Shown: positions 1-10,805, numbered from the stretch's first letter. The stretch is DNA of 64,000 nt from Candidatus Omnitrophota bacterium (GCA_003154195.1 PMCS01000009.1:19014-83013); one strand, 5' to 3'. Program-made: numbers and translations. Notes: generated from the letters alone by a model not told the origin.

Positions 1-606
1 GCGATGGCGTATGGAGTGCAGCCGGGTATTGAATATCAATTAACCGACAATATTTCTTTAAAAGGAACCTTTTCGTATTTTACCTGGCAGGCGGTAAAAG
101 GCCGGCTTCTTGACGGCAGCCAGGCAACTAACTCCCGGAATGGCCAGGGCCTCATGCGTGCGTTTAACACGATAAGCCCGGCGGGACAGGTAGCCTTTAA
201 GGATCCTTTCAAAAACATCGGCTTGAATCTTCCTGTTTTAGCGGATATTCCGGAATTCGCGGTTTTCGGCGAATACTATAAAAATACCAGCGCTTCCGCA
301 AAGAATACTGGTTTTGCTACGGGTTTCCAGCTTGGCCAGCCCAAAATCGAAAGTTGGGCGCAATGGCAATTTAAATATGTATATTCGATGTTGGAAAAGG
401 ACGCGGTATTGGATATTTTACCGGATTCTGACCGCTATAGCGGTAAAACCGGTATACGCGCCCACAAGGGTGAGTTATCGTTTGGGTTAAGTAAGAATAC
501 GTACCTGAAATTTGCCGGCTTCCGCGTGTGGAACATCAATCAAATTGGTACTAATCGCAAAGCGCCCACTACGGTTTTCCAGGCTGATTGGAACATGAAG
601 TTTTAA
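1..606 (+). CDS. Putative outer-membrane porin, C-terminal part (5' end probably outside window)
   Basis: Amphipathic beta-strand pattern, C-terminal Phe (ADWNMKF), directly upstream of pstS; frame open to window edge. Confidence 0.6.
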   Translation, partial: AMAYGVQPGIEYQLTDNISLKGTFSYFTWQAVKGRLLDGSQATNSRNGQGLMRAFNTISPAGQVAFKDPFKNIGLNLPVLADIPEFAVFGEYYKNTSASAKNTGFATGFQLGQPKIESWAQWQFKYVYSMLEKDAVLDILPDSDRYSGKTGIRAHKGELSFGLSKNTYLKFAGFRVWNINQIGTNRKAPTTVFQADWNMKF

Positions 607-768
607 TGAGGTTTAGCCGAACGCGTATGCATCCATACGCAGTGAGGCTGTAACCGAATTACCCTGAGCGAGCCTGCGCGAAGCACGGCGAGTCGAAGGG
701 CAATGAGTTTGAGGCTTTACTGATGTAGGTATGAAGCAGCTATAAACAAAATCAAGGAGGATAAAAAG

Positions 769-1584
769 ATGAAAAGTTTAACAAAGATTTTAGTAATGGC
801 CTTGGTGATTGCCGCGGGCTTGGGTTTTCCATGCTTTGCGGAAAAAATTGTTGTCGAAGGCTCAACTACCGTTTTACCGATTGCTCAAAAAACTGCTGAA
901 GTATTTATGCAAAAAGACAGTAGCGCCGATATCTCGGTACGCGGCGGCGGTTCAGGCGTGGGCATAGCTTCTTTACTCGACGGTACCTGTGATATCGCCG
1001 ATTCTTCGCGGCCAATCAAGGATACCGAGCTCGATAAGGCAGTAACTAACGGCAAAGATATTAAGGCGCATGTTATCGCGATGGATGGGATTGCCGTTAT
1101 CGTTAACCCGGCAAATAAAGTGGGGGCTTTAACCAAGAAACAGGTAAGGGATATTTATACCGGTAAAATTTCCAACTGGTCGCAAGTTGGCGGTGATGAC
1201 CGTAAAATCGTAGTTATTTCGCGCGATACGTCGAGTGGAACATTCGAGGCATTTGGAGAACTGGCTTTAGACAAACAAAAAGTAAGGCCGGATGCTTTAA
1301 TGCAGGCATCGAATCAGGCGATCGCGTCTACCGTAGCGCGGACACCCGACGCTATCGGTTATGTAGGTTTAGGCTTTCTTAGTTCCAGTGTCAAAGCTTT
1401 AGAGCTAGATGGCGTCGTGCCTTCGAAGGAAACTGTACTCAATAACAAATATTCTATTGGCAGGCCGCTATTTATGTATACCAATGGTAAGCCTAAGGGT
1501 TTGGCAAAAGATTTTATTGATTTTATAAAGAGTCCGGAGGGGCAAACGCTTGTGGACGAAGAAGGCTTTGTAAGCCTACATTAA
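769..1584 (+). CDS. pstS: Phosphate ABC transporter substrate-binding protein
   Basis: Signal peptide; GSTTV, GGGSGVG, SRDTSSGT, IGYVG motifs; SD AAGGAGG upstream. Confidence 0.95.
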   Translation: MKSLTKILVMALVIAAGLGFPCFAEKIVVEGSTTVLPIAQKTAEVFMQKDSSADISVRGGGSGVGIASLLDGTCDIADSSRPIKDTELDKAVTNGKDIKAHVIAMDGIAVIVNPANKVGALTKKQVRDIYTGKISNWSQVGGDDRKIVVISRDTSSGTFEAFGELALDKQKVRPDALMQASNQAIASTVARTPDAIGYVGLGFLSSSVKALELDGVVPSKETVLNNKYSIGRPLFMYTNGKPKGLAKDFIDFIKSPEGQTLVDEEGFVSLH

Positions 1585-1709
1585 TAACGCCGGCGTAATT
1601 GCTGGTTTATTATATATAACGAAGCGCGCGGTGGTTCCGCCCTTTCCTTCCGCCGCGCGCTTCTCTTATTGTAAAAATATATGTGATTGCTTGACGCAGG
1701 TAGAAACAG

Positions 1710-2594
1710 ATGACAAAAATAAAAGAACGAATAATAAAAGGGATTTTTACGATTTTGGCATTCGCTTCCCTCATATTTTTAGTAGGCATTATTATTGTTT
1801 TATTCAGAGAAGCGCTGCCGATTTTTAAAAAGATCAAGGTATTTGAATTCATCTTCGGTAAATTCTGGTATCCGACCTATGACCCGGCGGAATTTGGAAT
1901 CTTACCTTTAATTCTGGCTTCAATCTGGGTTTCAACTGGAGCAATGTTAATTTGTGTGCCGTTGGGCGTGGGCAGCGCATTGTATCTGAATGAACTTGCC
2001 AGTCCTGGACAAAAAGCAATACTTAAGCCGTTAGTCGAGATTCTGGCGAGTATCCCTTCGATTGTATACGGTTTTTTTGGGATGGCGATACTTGCGCCAT
2101 TTTTGCAGAATTTATTTCATTTATCGATAGGCTTGTGTGCATTTACCGCCGGGTTGACTTTAGGGATTATGGCGACACCGGTAGTCTGCAGCATTGCCGA
2201 GGATGCATTAAGCTATGTGCCGAGATCGTTTAGAGAAGCGTCTTTTGCCGTAGGCGCTAACCGGTGGCAAACGCTGATCAAAGTGGTTATACCGGCTGCC
2301 GGATCGGGGATTTCGACGGCGATAATTTTAGGGATGAGCCGGGCGATAGGTGAAACCATGACAGTTTTAATGGTGGCCGGCGGGGCCGCGGTTATCCCTA
2401 AGTCATTCTTTGATCCGGTCCGGCCGATGACGGCAGCGATTGCCGCGGAAATGGGCGAGGCTCCTATGGGCAGTGACCACTATCATGCTTTGTTCGCCAT
2501 TGCGCTGATATTATTTTTGGTTACTTTTATCTTTAACGTTATCGCGGAAGTTGTCAGCCGAAAATACAGGATTAAATTGGGTCTATCAGGATAA
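1710..2594 (+). CDS. pstC: Phosphate ABC transporter permease PstC
   Basis: LASIPSIVYG, EAA loop, RAIGETM; operon position. Confidence 0.95.
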   Translation: MTKIKERIIKGIFTILAFASLIFLVGIIIVLFREALPIFKKIKVFEFIFGKFWYPTYDPAEFGILPLILASIWVSTGAMLICVPLGVGSALYLNELASPGQKAILKPLVEILASIPSIVYGFFGMAILAPFLQNLFHLSIGLCAFTAGLTLGIMATPVVCSIAEDALSYVPRSFREASFAVGANRWQTLIKVVIPAAGSGISTAIILGMSRAIGETMTVLMVAGGAAVIPKSFFDPVRPMTAAIAAEMGEAPMGSDHYHALFAIALILFLVTFIFNVIAEVVSRKYRIKLGLSG

Positions 2595-2680
2595 CCGGAA
2601 AAATGAGAAAACTCATTTTTCCGGTTAGGTGCTGCCTGACGGCAGGGAAAAATATAGTTCAGCGTTTAAAAACTAAAATT

Positions 2681-3571
2681 ATGAAAAAAGAGGATAAAAG
2701 AACTATCTGCCGACAGGCAGACAGTTCCCGAATTAAACAAAAAATAGGCTTTGGCATCATATCCCTGTGTATGTTTACTACAGTCTTGTTTTTGTTCGCG
2801 ATAATTTGCTTTATCGGTGTAAAGGGGATAAGGGTTATTTCATGGGAATTTTTAACGCAGGCACCGCGTGATTCTATGACTGCCGGCGGTGTAGCTCCCG
2901 CTATCGTGGGAACAATTTGCCTTACGTTAGGCGCAGTATTATTTTCTTTTCCTTTAGGGGTAGCCTGCGCGATATATCTTTGTGAGTATACGCCAAAGAG
3001 CTACATCGTGAATATCATAAGAATCAGTATTAATAATCTTGCCGGCGTGCCTTCGGTGGTGTTTGGTCTTTTTGGATTAGCGGTTTTCGTCAAATATTTT
3101 GGTTTCGGGGTGTCGATACTCTCAGGAAGCCTTGCTTTGGGGATTGTGGTTTTACCGGTGATTATTTCCGCGGCCCAGGAGGCGCTTTTGGCCGTACCCC
3201 AATCATTAAGAGAAGCATCGTTGGCCGTGGGCGCAACAAAGTGGCAGACAATAAAAAAGTTAGTTCTACCGGCGGCAATGCCGGGTATCTTGACTGGGGT
3301 TATTTTAAGCATCGGAAGAGTAGCCGGTGAAACCGCTCCAATTTTATTTACCGCAGCCGCCTTTTATTTAAAAGGTTACCCCAAATCTATTTTTTCCGAA
3401 GTGATGGCTCTGCCATATCATATTTATGCGCTTATGACCGAAGGTTCCCATCCGGATCAACAAACTGCGATAGCTTATGGCTGTTGTTTGATCCTTTTAT
3501 GTTTAGTTTTGTTGGTGTCAGCAATAGCGATTTTTATCCGCCAGAAGCAGAGGAGCTATTATCATGGATAA
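2681..3571 (+). CDS. pstA: Phosphate ABC transporter permease PstA (start 2681 preferred over 2603)
   Basis: [19 protein letters not shown] motifs. Confidence 0.93.
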   Translation: MKKEDKRTICRQADSSRIKQKIGFGIISLCMFTTVLFLFAIICFIGVKGIRVISWEFLTQAPRDSMTAGGVAPAIVGTICLTLGAVLFSFPLGVACAIYLCEYTPKSYIVNIIRISINNLAGVPSVVFGLFGLAVFVKYFGFGVSILSGSLALGIVVLPVIISAAQEALLAVPQSLREASLAVGATKWQTIKKLVLPAAMPGILTGVILSIGRVAGETAPILFTAAAFYLKGYPKSIFSEVMALPYHIYALMTEGSHPDQQTAIAYGCCLILLCLVLLVSAIAIFIRQKQRSYYHG

Positions 3572-4331
3572 CCAAACGTCGGTAAAGATTAAGGCACAGG
3601 ACGTAAATTTTTTTTACGGGAAACACCAGGCATTGAAAAATATAAAACTGGATGTTTTAGCCAATCAGGTTACTGCGATTATCGGCCCTTCGGGCTGCGG
3701 AAAATCTACCTTTATCCGGCTGCTTAATCGTATGAACGAATTAGTCTCCAATACTGTTTTAACCGGAAGAATTTATCTGGATGGGCAGGATATATTCGCT
3801 TCTTGCGTTGATTCAGTCGAGATTAGGCGGCGTGTCGGGATGGTATTTCAAAAACCCAACCCCTTTCCCAAGAATATATTTGAAAACATAAGTTACGCTC
3901 TCGAGGTTAATGGCATTAAAAATAAACAATTTGTCGAAGAAAGGGTGATAGAATCTTTCAAGAAGGCGGCGTTATGGGATGAGGTGAAAGACCGGCTTCA
4001 TGACAGCGCGCTAAAATTATCCGGCGGACAACAGCAAAGGCTTTGCATTGCCCGTTGCCTGGCGATCAAGCCGGAGGTGATTTTGTTCGACGAACCCTGC
4101 GCCAGCCTCGACCCTATTTCGACGCGCAAGATCGAAGAGCTGATTCTGGAGTTGAAAAAAGATTATACTATTGCTATAGTTACGCACAATATGCAGCAGG
4201 CGGCAAGGGTATCTAACTATACTGGTTTTTTTCTTTTAGGCGAGTTGATCGAGTTTGATAAAACTGAAACGATATTCAAGTCTCCCAAAGATCAGCGGAC
4301 AGAAGATTATATTACAGGGAGGTTCGGATAA
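3564..4331 (+). CDS. pstB: Phosphate ABC transporter ATPase, canonical motifs
   Basis: [42 protein letters not shown]. Confidence 0.97.
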   Translation: MDNQTSVKIKAQDVNFFYGKHQALKNIKLDVLANQVTAIIGPSGCGKSTFIRLLNRMNELVSNTVLTGRIYLDGQDIFASCVDSVEIRRRVGMVFQKPNPFPKNIFENISYALEVNGIKNKQFVEERVIESFKKAALWDEVKDRLHDSALKLSGGQQQRLCIARCLAIKPEVILFDEPCASLDPISTRKIEELILELKKDYTIAIVTHNMQQAARVSNYTGFFLLGELIEFDKTETIFKSPKDQRTEDYITGRFG

Positions 4332-4332
4332 T

Positions 4333-4731
4333 ATGAAAAGAATCTTATTTGTTTGTATAGAAAATTCCTGTCGTAGCCAGATTGCGGAAGGGTTTGCGAG
4401 GTTTTTCGGTAAAGATATTTTAGAAGCATACAGCGCGGGTTCGCGGCCTTCGGGAAAAATAAATCGTATGGCGATAGAAGTCATGCAGGAAATCGGTATT
4501 GATATCTCACGTCAGAAATCAAAAGGATTTCAGGAATTAGCGGTAAAGGGGTTTGATTATGTTGTTACGCTTGGTTGCAAAGACGTATGCCCTTTTATAC
4601 CGGCAACAGAACATATAGAATGGCAAATCAGCGACCCTGAGGATAAGCCAATAGAGTTCTTCCGAAAAGTCAGAGATGATATAAAAGTTAAAGTAGAAGA
4701 ACTTATACAAAATATTGAAGAAACAAAATAA
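4333..4731 (+). CDS. arsC: Arsenate reductase / LMW-PTP family
   Basis: FVCIENSCRSQIAE P-loop, CxxxCP, DP; ATG 4333 after GGGAGG. Confidence 0.85.
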   Translation: MKRILFVCIENSCRSQIAEGFARFFGKDILEAYSAGSRPSGKINRMAIEVMQEIGIDISRQKSKGFQELAVKGFDYVVTLGCKDVCPFIPATEHIEWQISDPEDKPIEFFRKVRDDIKVKVEELIQNIEETK

Positions 4732-4741
4732 GGGGGATACT

Positions 4742-5413
4742 ATGCAAAGGCATTTAGATGATGAATTAACCGGCTTAAAGACAGAGATACTCAGGATGGG
4801 GGTGATGGTGGAGGAGTCCATTTTTAAATCGGTTGAAGCCCTCAAGCAATTAAATGCCGATGACGCCCGGCAAGTGATTGTAGATGATAAGCTAATCGAT
4901 GAGCTGGAATTAAAAATCGAAGAGAAAAGTTTGAATCTTCTGGCTCTATACCAGCCGATGGCGGTTGATTTAAGATTTATCGTAATGGCGATGAAGATTA
5001 CTACCGATTTAGAACGGATGGCTGACTTGGCTGTTGATATCGCCCAACGCGTTCTGGAGATTGTTGATAAGCCGCCTTTAAAGCCGTTGATTGATATTCC
5101 TAAGCTTACAATTATCGCCCAGCAGATGACCAAAGACGCTATCAACGCGTTCGTAAACAAAGATTCCGATGCTGCCGCTAAAATGATTTTGATGGATTCG
5201 CAAGCGGATGATTTACGCAATGTTGTGCAACAAGAGCTAATCAATGATTATATGGCTAAAGATCCGACTACTGCTGACCGGGCTGTTCCACTTTTACTGA
5301 TCGCCAGGCATCTTGAACGAATATGCGACCATGCTACCAACATCGCAGAAGATGTAATTTATATGGTGAATGCCGCTGTTGTTAAACATCATCCCGAAAA
5401 AATTAAAGATTAG
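4742..5413 (+). CDS. phoU: Phosphate signalling protein PhoU
   Basis: QPMAVDLR, DLERMAD, LERICDHATNIAE. Confidence 0.95.
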   Translation: MQRHLDDELTGLKTEILRMGVMVEESIFKSVEALKQLNADDARQVIVDDKLIDELELKIEEKSLNLLALYQPMAVDLRFIVMAMKITTDLERMADLAVDIAQRVLEIVDKPPLKPLIDIPKLTIIAQQMTKDAINAFVNKDSDAAAKMILMDSQADDLRNVVQQELINDYMAKDPTTADRAVPLLLIARHLERICDHATNIAEDVIYMVNAAVVKHHPEKIKD

Positions 5414-5478
5414 AAGCTATTTTTTAAAATGCTAAGGATTATGGTTTGACGGCATAAATCCCGGACGTTAAAAAAAGT

Positions 5479-5519
5479 AAAACCTTCGTTGGTTTGATTA
5501 TAACTGGCGAAGGTTTTTT
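5479..5519 (+). terminator. Probable intrinsic terminator of first pst operon
   Basis: AAAACCTTCG...CGAAGGTTTTTT stem with U tract. Confidence 0.6.
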
Positions 5520-5551
5520 GTTTTGATTTATATAATTTCGAGGAAAAAAAT

Positions 5552-5579
5552 TTTACATAGATTTAACATTGGTTTAATC
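5552..5579 (+). promoter_or_regulatory. Pho-box-like direct repeats
   Basis: TTTACA-5-TTAACA-5-TTAATC at 11-bp period upstream of second pstS, like PhoP TT(A/T/C)ACA boxes. Confidence 0.6.
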
Positions 5580-5661
5580 GGAACATAATATAAGGGTAAT
5601 AGAATAACATTTAGATTAACTGGAATAATACAGGTATTGCGCTTCTAAAAAGGAGGTCTGA

Positions 5662-6513
5662 ATGTTAAAAAAATGGCTGTTCGTTCTAATTACGATTTCC
5701 TTCACAACTTCAGCTTTTGCGGCAAAAGATAAAAATTCGATACAGGTCAAAGGCTCGGATACCATGGTTAACCTGGGCCAGGCCTGGGCGGAGAAATACA
5801 TGGAGAAGAATCCTACTGATTTTGTGGCAGTTACCGGCGGCGGGTCAGGCACAGGATTATCAAGCCTCATAAGCGGCACTTGCGATATAGCTACGAGTTC
5901 CCGGAACATCAAAGAAAAAGAAATCTCTCTCGCTAAGCAGAAAGGCATAAACCCTAACGAAATCAAAGTTGCCTTAGACGGCCTTGCGGTGGTAGTTAAT
6001 CCGAATAATCCTGTTGGTAAACTTACCTTAGCCCAACTCGCGGATATTTTTACCGGAAGGGTCACTAATTGGAAGGAATTGGGAGGCAAAGGTGAGAAGA
6101 TCGTTGTGCTCTCGCGCGAAGTCAATTCCGGAACTCACGTTTATTTTAAGGAGCACGTATTAAGAAAAAATGATCCTAACAGCAAAGAAGAATTCGTTTC
6201 AAGCGCTTTAATGCTTTCGTCTTCCCAGGCGATTGCTGATGAAGTGGCGGGAAATTCCGCCGCCGTTGGGTATTACGGAATGGGCTACATATCGAAAAAG
6301 CAAAAACCCTTGAGCTTAGCCAAAGATGAAAAGTCGGAATATGAAATGCCGACGATAGAGAATGTCGTAAATGGGAAGTATCCTATTTCAAGGCCGTTAT
6401 TCCTTTACACCAATGGCGTACCGACAGGCCTGGTAAAGAAATTTGTAGATTTTACACTTTCCCAGGAAGGCCAGGATATTGTTTTGGCAACTGATTTTGT
6501 TCCGATTAAATAA
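5662..6513 (+). CDS. pstS: Second phosphate-binding protein
   Basis: Signal peptide; GSDTM, GGGSGTG, SREVNSGT; SD AGGAGG. Confidence 0.95.
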   Translation: MLKKWLFVLITISFTTSAFAAKDKNSIQVKGSDTMVNLGQAWAEKYMEKNPTDFVAVTGGGSGTGLSSLISGTCDIATSSRNIKEKEISLAKQKGINPNEIKVALDGLAVVVNPNNPVGKLTLAQLADIFTGRVTNWKELGGKGEKIVVLSREVNSGTHVYFKEHVLRKNDPNSKEEFVSSALMLSSSQAIADEVAGNSAAVGYYGMGYISKKQKPLSLAKDEKSEYEMPTIENVVNGKYPISRPLFLYTNGVPTGLVKKFVDFTLSQEGQDIVLATDFVPIK

Positions 6514-6620
6514 AATTACCTACGGGTGATTTTATCCCGTTAGCGAGAATACCCCCGCCGTTAGGCGGGGGATGACAACAGGATGGGACGTCGCCCCACC
6601 CCGTGGGGCTCCAGTTTAAT

Positions 6621-6676
6621 CCCGACGAGTATGTGAAAATTATCGTAGAGAATTTTCACATATTTTACGAGTCGGG
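6621..6676. repeat. Palindromic intergenic element; related copy inverted at 9945-10002
   Basis: Hairpin with core AAATTATCGTAGAGAATTT; reverse complement core AAATTCTCTACGATAGTTT near 9967. Confidence 0.6.
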
Positions 6677-6691
6677 GTAATCTTAATACTA

Positions 6692-7555
6692 ATGCGTAGA
6701 TTAAAAGAATTCATTATTGAAAAACTCATTCTAATCTGCGGGTTAGCTTCAATATTTTTTGTGGTGTTGATTTTCCTTTTCTTGCTCAAAGAAGGGCTTG
6801 CGGTATTTAAGACGGTAAGCCCTTTTAAGTTTCTCTTGGGCAAGAGCTGGTACCCCATTTCAGAACCGCCTCAGTTAGGAATTCTTCCGTTAATCCTTGG
6901 CTCTTTACTGGTTACTGCCGGCGCGGCGATCATTTCTATTCCCATAGGAGTGGGTTGCGCAATTTATATCGCCGAGATAGCGCCATTAAGAATCAAAGAG
7001 ACCCTTAAAGCAGGGATTGAATTATTGGCAGCCATTCCCAGCGTAGTTTTAGGATTTATCGGTATGATAACCCTCGTTCCATTAGTAAAGTCAATTTTTC
7101 ATTTACCAACCGGATTAACCGCTTTATCCGGTTCAATAATGCTGGCTTTTATGGCCATGCCGACAATAGTTTCAATTGCTGAAGATGCATTATATTCTGT
7201 ACCTAAAACGTATAAAGAAGGCGCTCTCGCGCTGGGAGCGACACACTGGCAGACAATATGGCGAGTAATGCTTCCGGCGGCATCAAGCGGCATCCTTGCG
7301 GCAGTTATGCTTGGGATTGGCAGGGTAATCGGTGAAACAATGGCCGTGATGATGATCACGGGTAACGCCGCAGTCATACCAAATAGCATTTTAGCGCCGG
7401 TTAGAACTTTGACTGCTACTATCGCCGCGGAAATGGGTGAAGCGGTAGTAGGCAGCGAACATTATTTTGCTTTATTTGCTATTGGCATAGTTCTGTTTGT
7501 TATTAGCTTTGCGATTAATGTAACCGCGGACTTATTCTTGCACAAGAGGCAGTAA
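6692..7555 (+). CDS. pstC: Second PstC permease
   Basis: LAAIPSVVLG, RVIGETM; paralog of 1710-2594. Confidence 0.95.
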   Translation: MRRLKEFIIEKLILICGLASIFFVVLIFLFLLKEGLAVFKTVSPFKFLLGKSWYPISEPPQLGILPLILGSLLVTAGAAIISIPIGVGCAIYIAEIAPLRIKETLKAGIELLAAIPSVVLGFIGMITLVPLVKSIFHLPTGLTALSGSIMLAFMAMPTIVSIAEDALYSVPKTYKEGALALGATHWQTIWRVMLPAASSGILAAVMLGIGRVIGETMAVMMITGNAAVIPNSILAPVRTLTATIAAEMGEAVVGSEHYFALFAIGIVLFVISFAINVTADLFLHKRQ

Positions 7556-8403
7556 TGAAAAATCCTTATCGAACACAAAAGATTGCATTTTTCTTTTTAT
7601 TCCTGGCGACACTTTTAATAGTGGTTCCGGTAGGCTTAATCGTTGTCGTTATTATTCAAAAAGGACTGCCGGCAATCAACTGGCAGTTCGTTTCGGATAT
7701 GCCAAGACAGGGGATGCGTGCCGGCGGCATATTCCCGGCGATCGTAGGAACGATATATTTAGTTACCGGCGCTATTATCTTTGCTCTGCCGATAGGGCTT
7801 CTCGCGGCCATATACTTAAGCGAATATTCAAAAGATAACTTACTTACCCGGCTTATAAAATTAGCCATCGTGAATCTGGCGGGTGTGCCTTCGGTAGTTT
7901 ATGGGCTTTTTGGCCTGGCCCTTTTTGTAGTATTTTTTAAATTCGGCGCATCAATTATTTCCGGCTCGCTTACCCTGGGGATCATGATTCTCCCCGTAAT
8001 TATTACTACTTCACGCGAAGCCTTGGAAAGTGTACCGTATTCTTTTCGTGAGGTAAGTTTATCTTTAGGCGCAAGCAAATGGCAAACCATACGCCACATT
8101 ATTCTTCCTAATGCCCTCCCGGGTATATTAACCGGAACCATTTTAGGTTTAGGAAGGGCAGCGGGAGAAACGGCACCGATTCTTTTTACGGTTGCTGCTT
8201 TTTATCTGCCACGATTACCCAATTCTATTTTTGATCAAGCAATGGCGCTGCCGTACCATCTTTATGTCATTTCAACACAAGTGCCTAATGTCGACGAGAA
8301 GATAAGGTATGGAACAGCGCTTGTTTTGCTGGCGTTAGTTCTCTTCATGAATTTAGTGGCAATAATTATTCGATATAAGTTCAGAAAGAAGAAAAAATGG
8401 TAA
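7555..8403 (+). CDS. pstA: Second PstA permease
   Basis: [19 protein letters not shown]; TAATG overlap. Confidence 0.95.
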   Translation: MKNPYRTQKIAFFFLFLATLLIVVPVGLIVVVIIQKGLPAINWQFVSDMPRQGMRAGGIFPAIVGTIYLVTGAIIFALPIGLLAAIYLSEYSKDNLLTRLIKLAIVNLAGVPSVVYGLFGLALFVVFFKFGASIISGSLTLGIMILPVIITTSREALESVPYSFREVSLSLGASKWQTIRHIILPNALPGILTGTILGLGRAAGETAPILFTVAAFYLPRLPNSIFDQAMALPYHLYVISTQVPNVDEKIRYGTALVLLALVLFMNLVAIIIRYKFRKKKKW

Positions 8404-9143
8404 AAGTTGACATAAAAAATCTTAATATCTGGTTTGGTTCCGTGCATGCCCTGAAGCAGGTAAGCATGGTAATACAGGCTAACGAAATCTTAAGCGTAAT
8501 CGGTCCTTCCAACAGCGGTAAGACAACTTTTTTAAGAACGCTTAATCGTTTAAGTGATTTAAACCAGAATTTTAGAATGACCGGAACAATAAAGCTTGAA
8601 CAAGAAGATATCGGGAATATTGATACGGAATTATTGCGTAAAAAAGTAGGCATGGTATTTGCGCTGCCGCTCCCGCTTCCCCTGTCTATTTTTGATAATG
8701 TGGCTTACGGGGTAAGGATGCACGGCACGAAAAACAAGAAAATACTGAGAGAGATAGTGGAGGTATCGTTGAACGAAGCCTATCTCTGGGAAGAGGTAAA
8801 AGATAGGTTAAATGAATCAGCTTTTAAATTGTCCGGGGGCCAGCAACAGCGTTTGTGTATCGCTAGAACCCTTGCCGTTGAGCCGGAGGTAATTTTATTT
8901 GACGAGCCCTGTTCGGGGCTCGATCCTATATCCACCGCAAAAGTAGAAGATGCCCTGGTTAAGCTAAAACAAAAATACACGATAGTCCTGGTAACCAACA
9001 ATGTAAAGCAGGCAGCCAGGGTTGGTGATATGACCGCTTTCTTTTTAGGCGGCGAACTTATTGAACTGGATAAAACAGACAAGATTTTTACCGCGCCGCA
9101 AGACAAACGCACGGATGGTTATATCAGAGGAAAATTCGGATAA
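8397..9143 (+). CDS. pstB: PstB-like ATPase with degenerate Q-loop and switch His
   Basis: [17 protein letters not shown] instead of FQx[12 protein letters not shown] intact, VTNNVKQA. Confidence 0.9.
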   Translation: MVKVDIKNLNIWFGSVHALKQVSMVIQANEILSVIGPSNSGKTTFLRTLNRLSDLNQNFRMTGTIKLEQEDIGNIDTELLRKKVGMVFALPLPLPLSIFDNVAYGVRMHGTKNKKILREIVEVSLNEAYLWEEVKDRLNESAFKLSGGQQQRLCIARTLAVEPEVILFDEPCSGLDPISTAKVEDALVKLKQKYTIVLVTNNVKQAARVGDMTAFFLGGELIELDKTDKIFTAPQDKRTDGYIRGKFG

Positions 9144-9184
9144 TCCCCTTCGGGGAGGAAGCGCGACAAAAGAAGGAGGCTCCA

Positions 9185-9940
9185 CTGGCCAAGATTATAA
9201 CTAAAAATTTAAACTTTTGGTACACAACATTCCAGGCCTTGAAAAATGTTGGCTCAAGCATAGAGGCAAACAGGATTACCGCTATAATCGGGCCTTCGGG
9301 ATGCGGTAAATCTACTTTGCTTAGGGTCTTCAACCGTATGAATGACTTGATTGAAGGCGCGCGTACGGAAGGAGAAGTTCTCATCGACGATACTGATATA
9401 CTGGATCCCCGCACAGATTTAGTAGTTTTACGTAAAAAAGTAGGGATGGTATTCCAGAGGCCTAATCCGTTTCCGCTATCAATATATGAAAATATTGTTT
9501 TTGGAGAAAAGATTCACGCGGATCGCTTAACAAGAGATAAATTAGATGAAATTGTTGAGAGAAGCCTGGGGGATGTTCTTTTGTGGGATGAATTAAAGGA
9601 TCAGCTTAATGAACCGGCCATGAGGTTATCATTAGAGCAGAAACAGAGACTTTGCATAGCCAGGCTTATTGCCGTTAAGCCCGACGTATTGTTAATGGAT
9701 GAGCCTTGTTCTACTTTAGATCCGCAGGCAACAGCAAGAGTCGAAGAATTAATGCGTGAACTAAAGAACAGATATACTATAATAATAGTTACTCATAATA
9801 TGCAGCAAGCAGCACGGGTTTCCGACGATACGGGTTTTATGCTTTTAGGCGAACTGATAGAGTTTGGTAAAACACATGAAATATTTACCGCGCCGCAAGA
9901 CAAACGCACGGAAGATTACATTACCGGAAGGTATGGATAA
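9185..9940 (+). CDS. pstB: PstB-like ATPase with degenerate signature motif; non-canonical start likely
   Basis: [32 protein letters not shown]; PstB-like N-terminus extends upstream of the ORF-track TTG at 9239. Confidence 0.88.
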   Translation: MAKIITKNLNFWYTTFQALKNVGSSIEANRITAIIGPSGCGKSTLLRVFNRMNDLIEGARTEGEVLIDDTDILDPRTDLVVLRKKVGMVFQRPNPFPLSIYENIVFGEKIHADRLTRDKLDEIVERSLGDVLLWDELKDQLNEPAMRLSLEQKQRLCIARLIAVKPDVLLMDEPCSTLDPQATARVEELMRELKNRYTIIIVTHNMQQAARVSDDTGFMLLGELIEFGKTHEIFTAPQDKRTEDYITGRYG

Positions 9941-10042
9941 AAATATCCCGCTTCGTGATCACGCCGAAATTCTCTACGATAGTTTCGGCGTACTCGCGGG
10001 ATTTCGCTAAACAAAAAATTTTTGTGCTCAAGGAGGTTAGAA

Positions 10043-10720
10043 ATGGAAAGACATGTCGACCAGGAACTAAAAGAACTGAATAAAGATATCTTAAAGATGG
10101 GCGCTTTAGCAGAGGAAGCCATCTACAAATCCATCGAAGCGTTGAAGAACAGGGACAGGGAAATGGCCGGGAGTGTCATAGAGAATGATTCCAATATTGA
10201 TAAATTGGAATTAGCCATAGATGAAAAGTGTATTGATTTGATAGCGCTCTACCAACCTATGGCCAAGGACCTCCGTTTTATTACAACCGGCATGAAAATA
10301 AATAGTGAATTGGAAAGGATAGCGGATATTGCAGTAGATATTGCGCAACGTACGCTTGAAATAGTAGACAAACCCCTTTTAAAGCCGCTGATTGATATAC
10401 CTAAGTTAACCGCTATTGCGCAAAACATGGTAAAGATGTCCATCGATGCGTTTGTCAAGGGCGATATTGCCTTAGCGAAAAAAGTTTTATTATCTGATTC
10501 CGAAGCTGATCAGCTTCGGAATGTTATACAAAAAGAGCTTATTGAAGATTATATGGTTAAAGACGCAGCTACTGCGCCAAGGGCTGTCCAGCTGTTGTTG
10601 ATCGCTCGTTTTTTAGAGCGCATATGCGATCATGCGACGAATATCGCAGAAGACGTGATTTACATGGTTCAGGCAGAAGTTGTGAGGCATCACCCCGAGA
10701 AATTAAAGAATGGAAAATAA
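10043..10720 (+). CDS. phoU: Second PhoU
   Basis: QPMAKDLR, LERICDHATNIAE; ATG 10043 after AAGGAGG. Confidence 0.95.
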   Translation: MERHVDQELKELNKDILKMGALAEEAIYKSIEALKNRDREMAGSVIENDSNIDKLELAIDEKCIDLIALYQPMAKDLRFITTGMKINSELERIADIAVDIAQRTLEIVDKPLLKPLIDIPKLTAIAQNMVKMSIDAFVKGDIALAKKVLLSDSEADQLRNVIQKELIEDYMVKDAATAPRAVQLLLIARFLERICDHATNIAEDVIYMVQAEVVRHHPEKLKNGK

Positions 10721-10805
10721 AAACTATTGATTTAGCTTATCATGTATCCAGATATATTTTTTGTACCGTGCGCTGTTTTGTCTAAACAAATGTTTTCTTT
10801 TTTCC

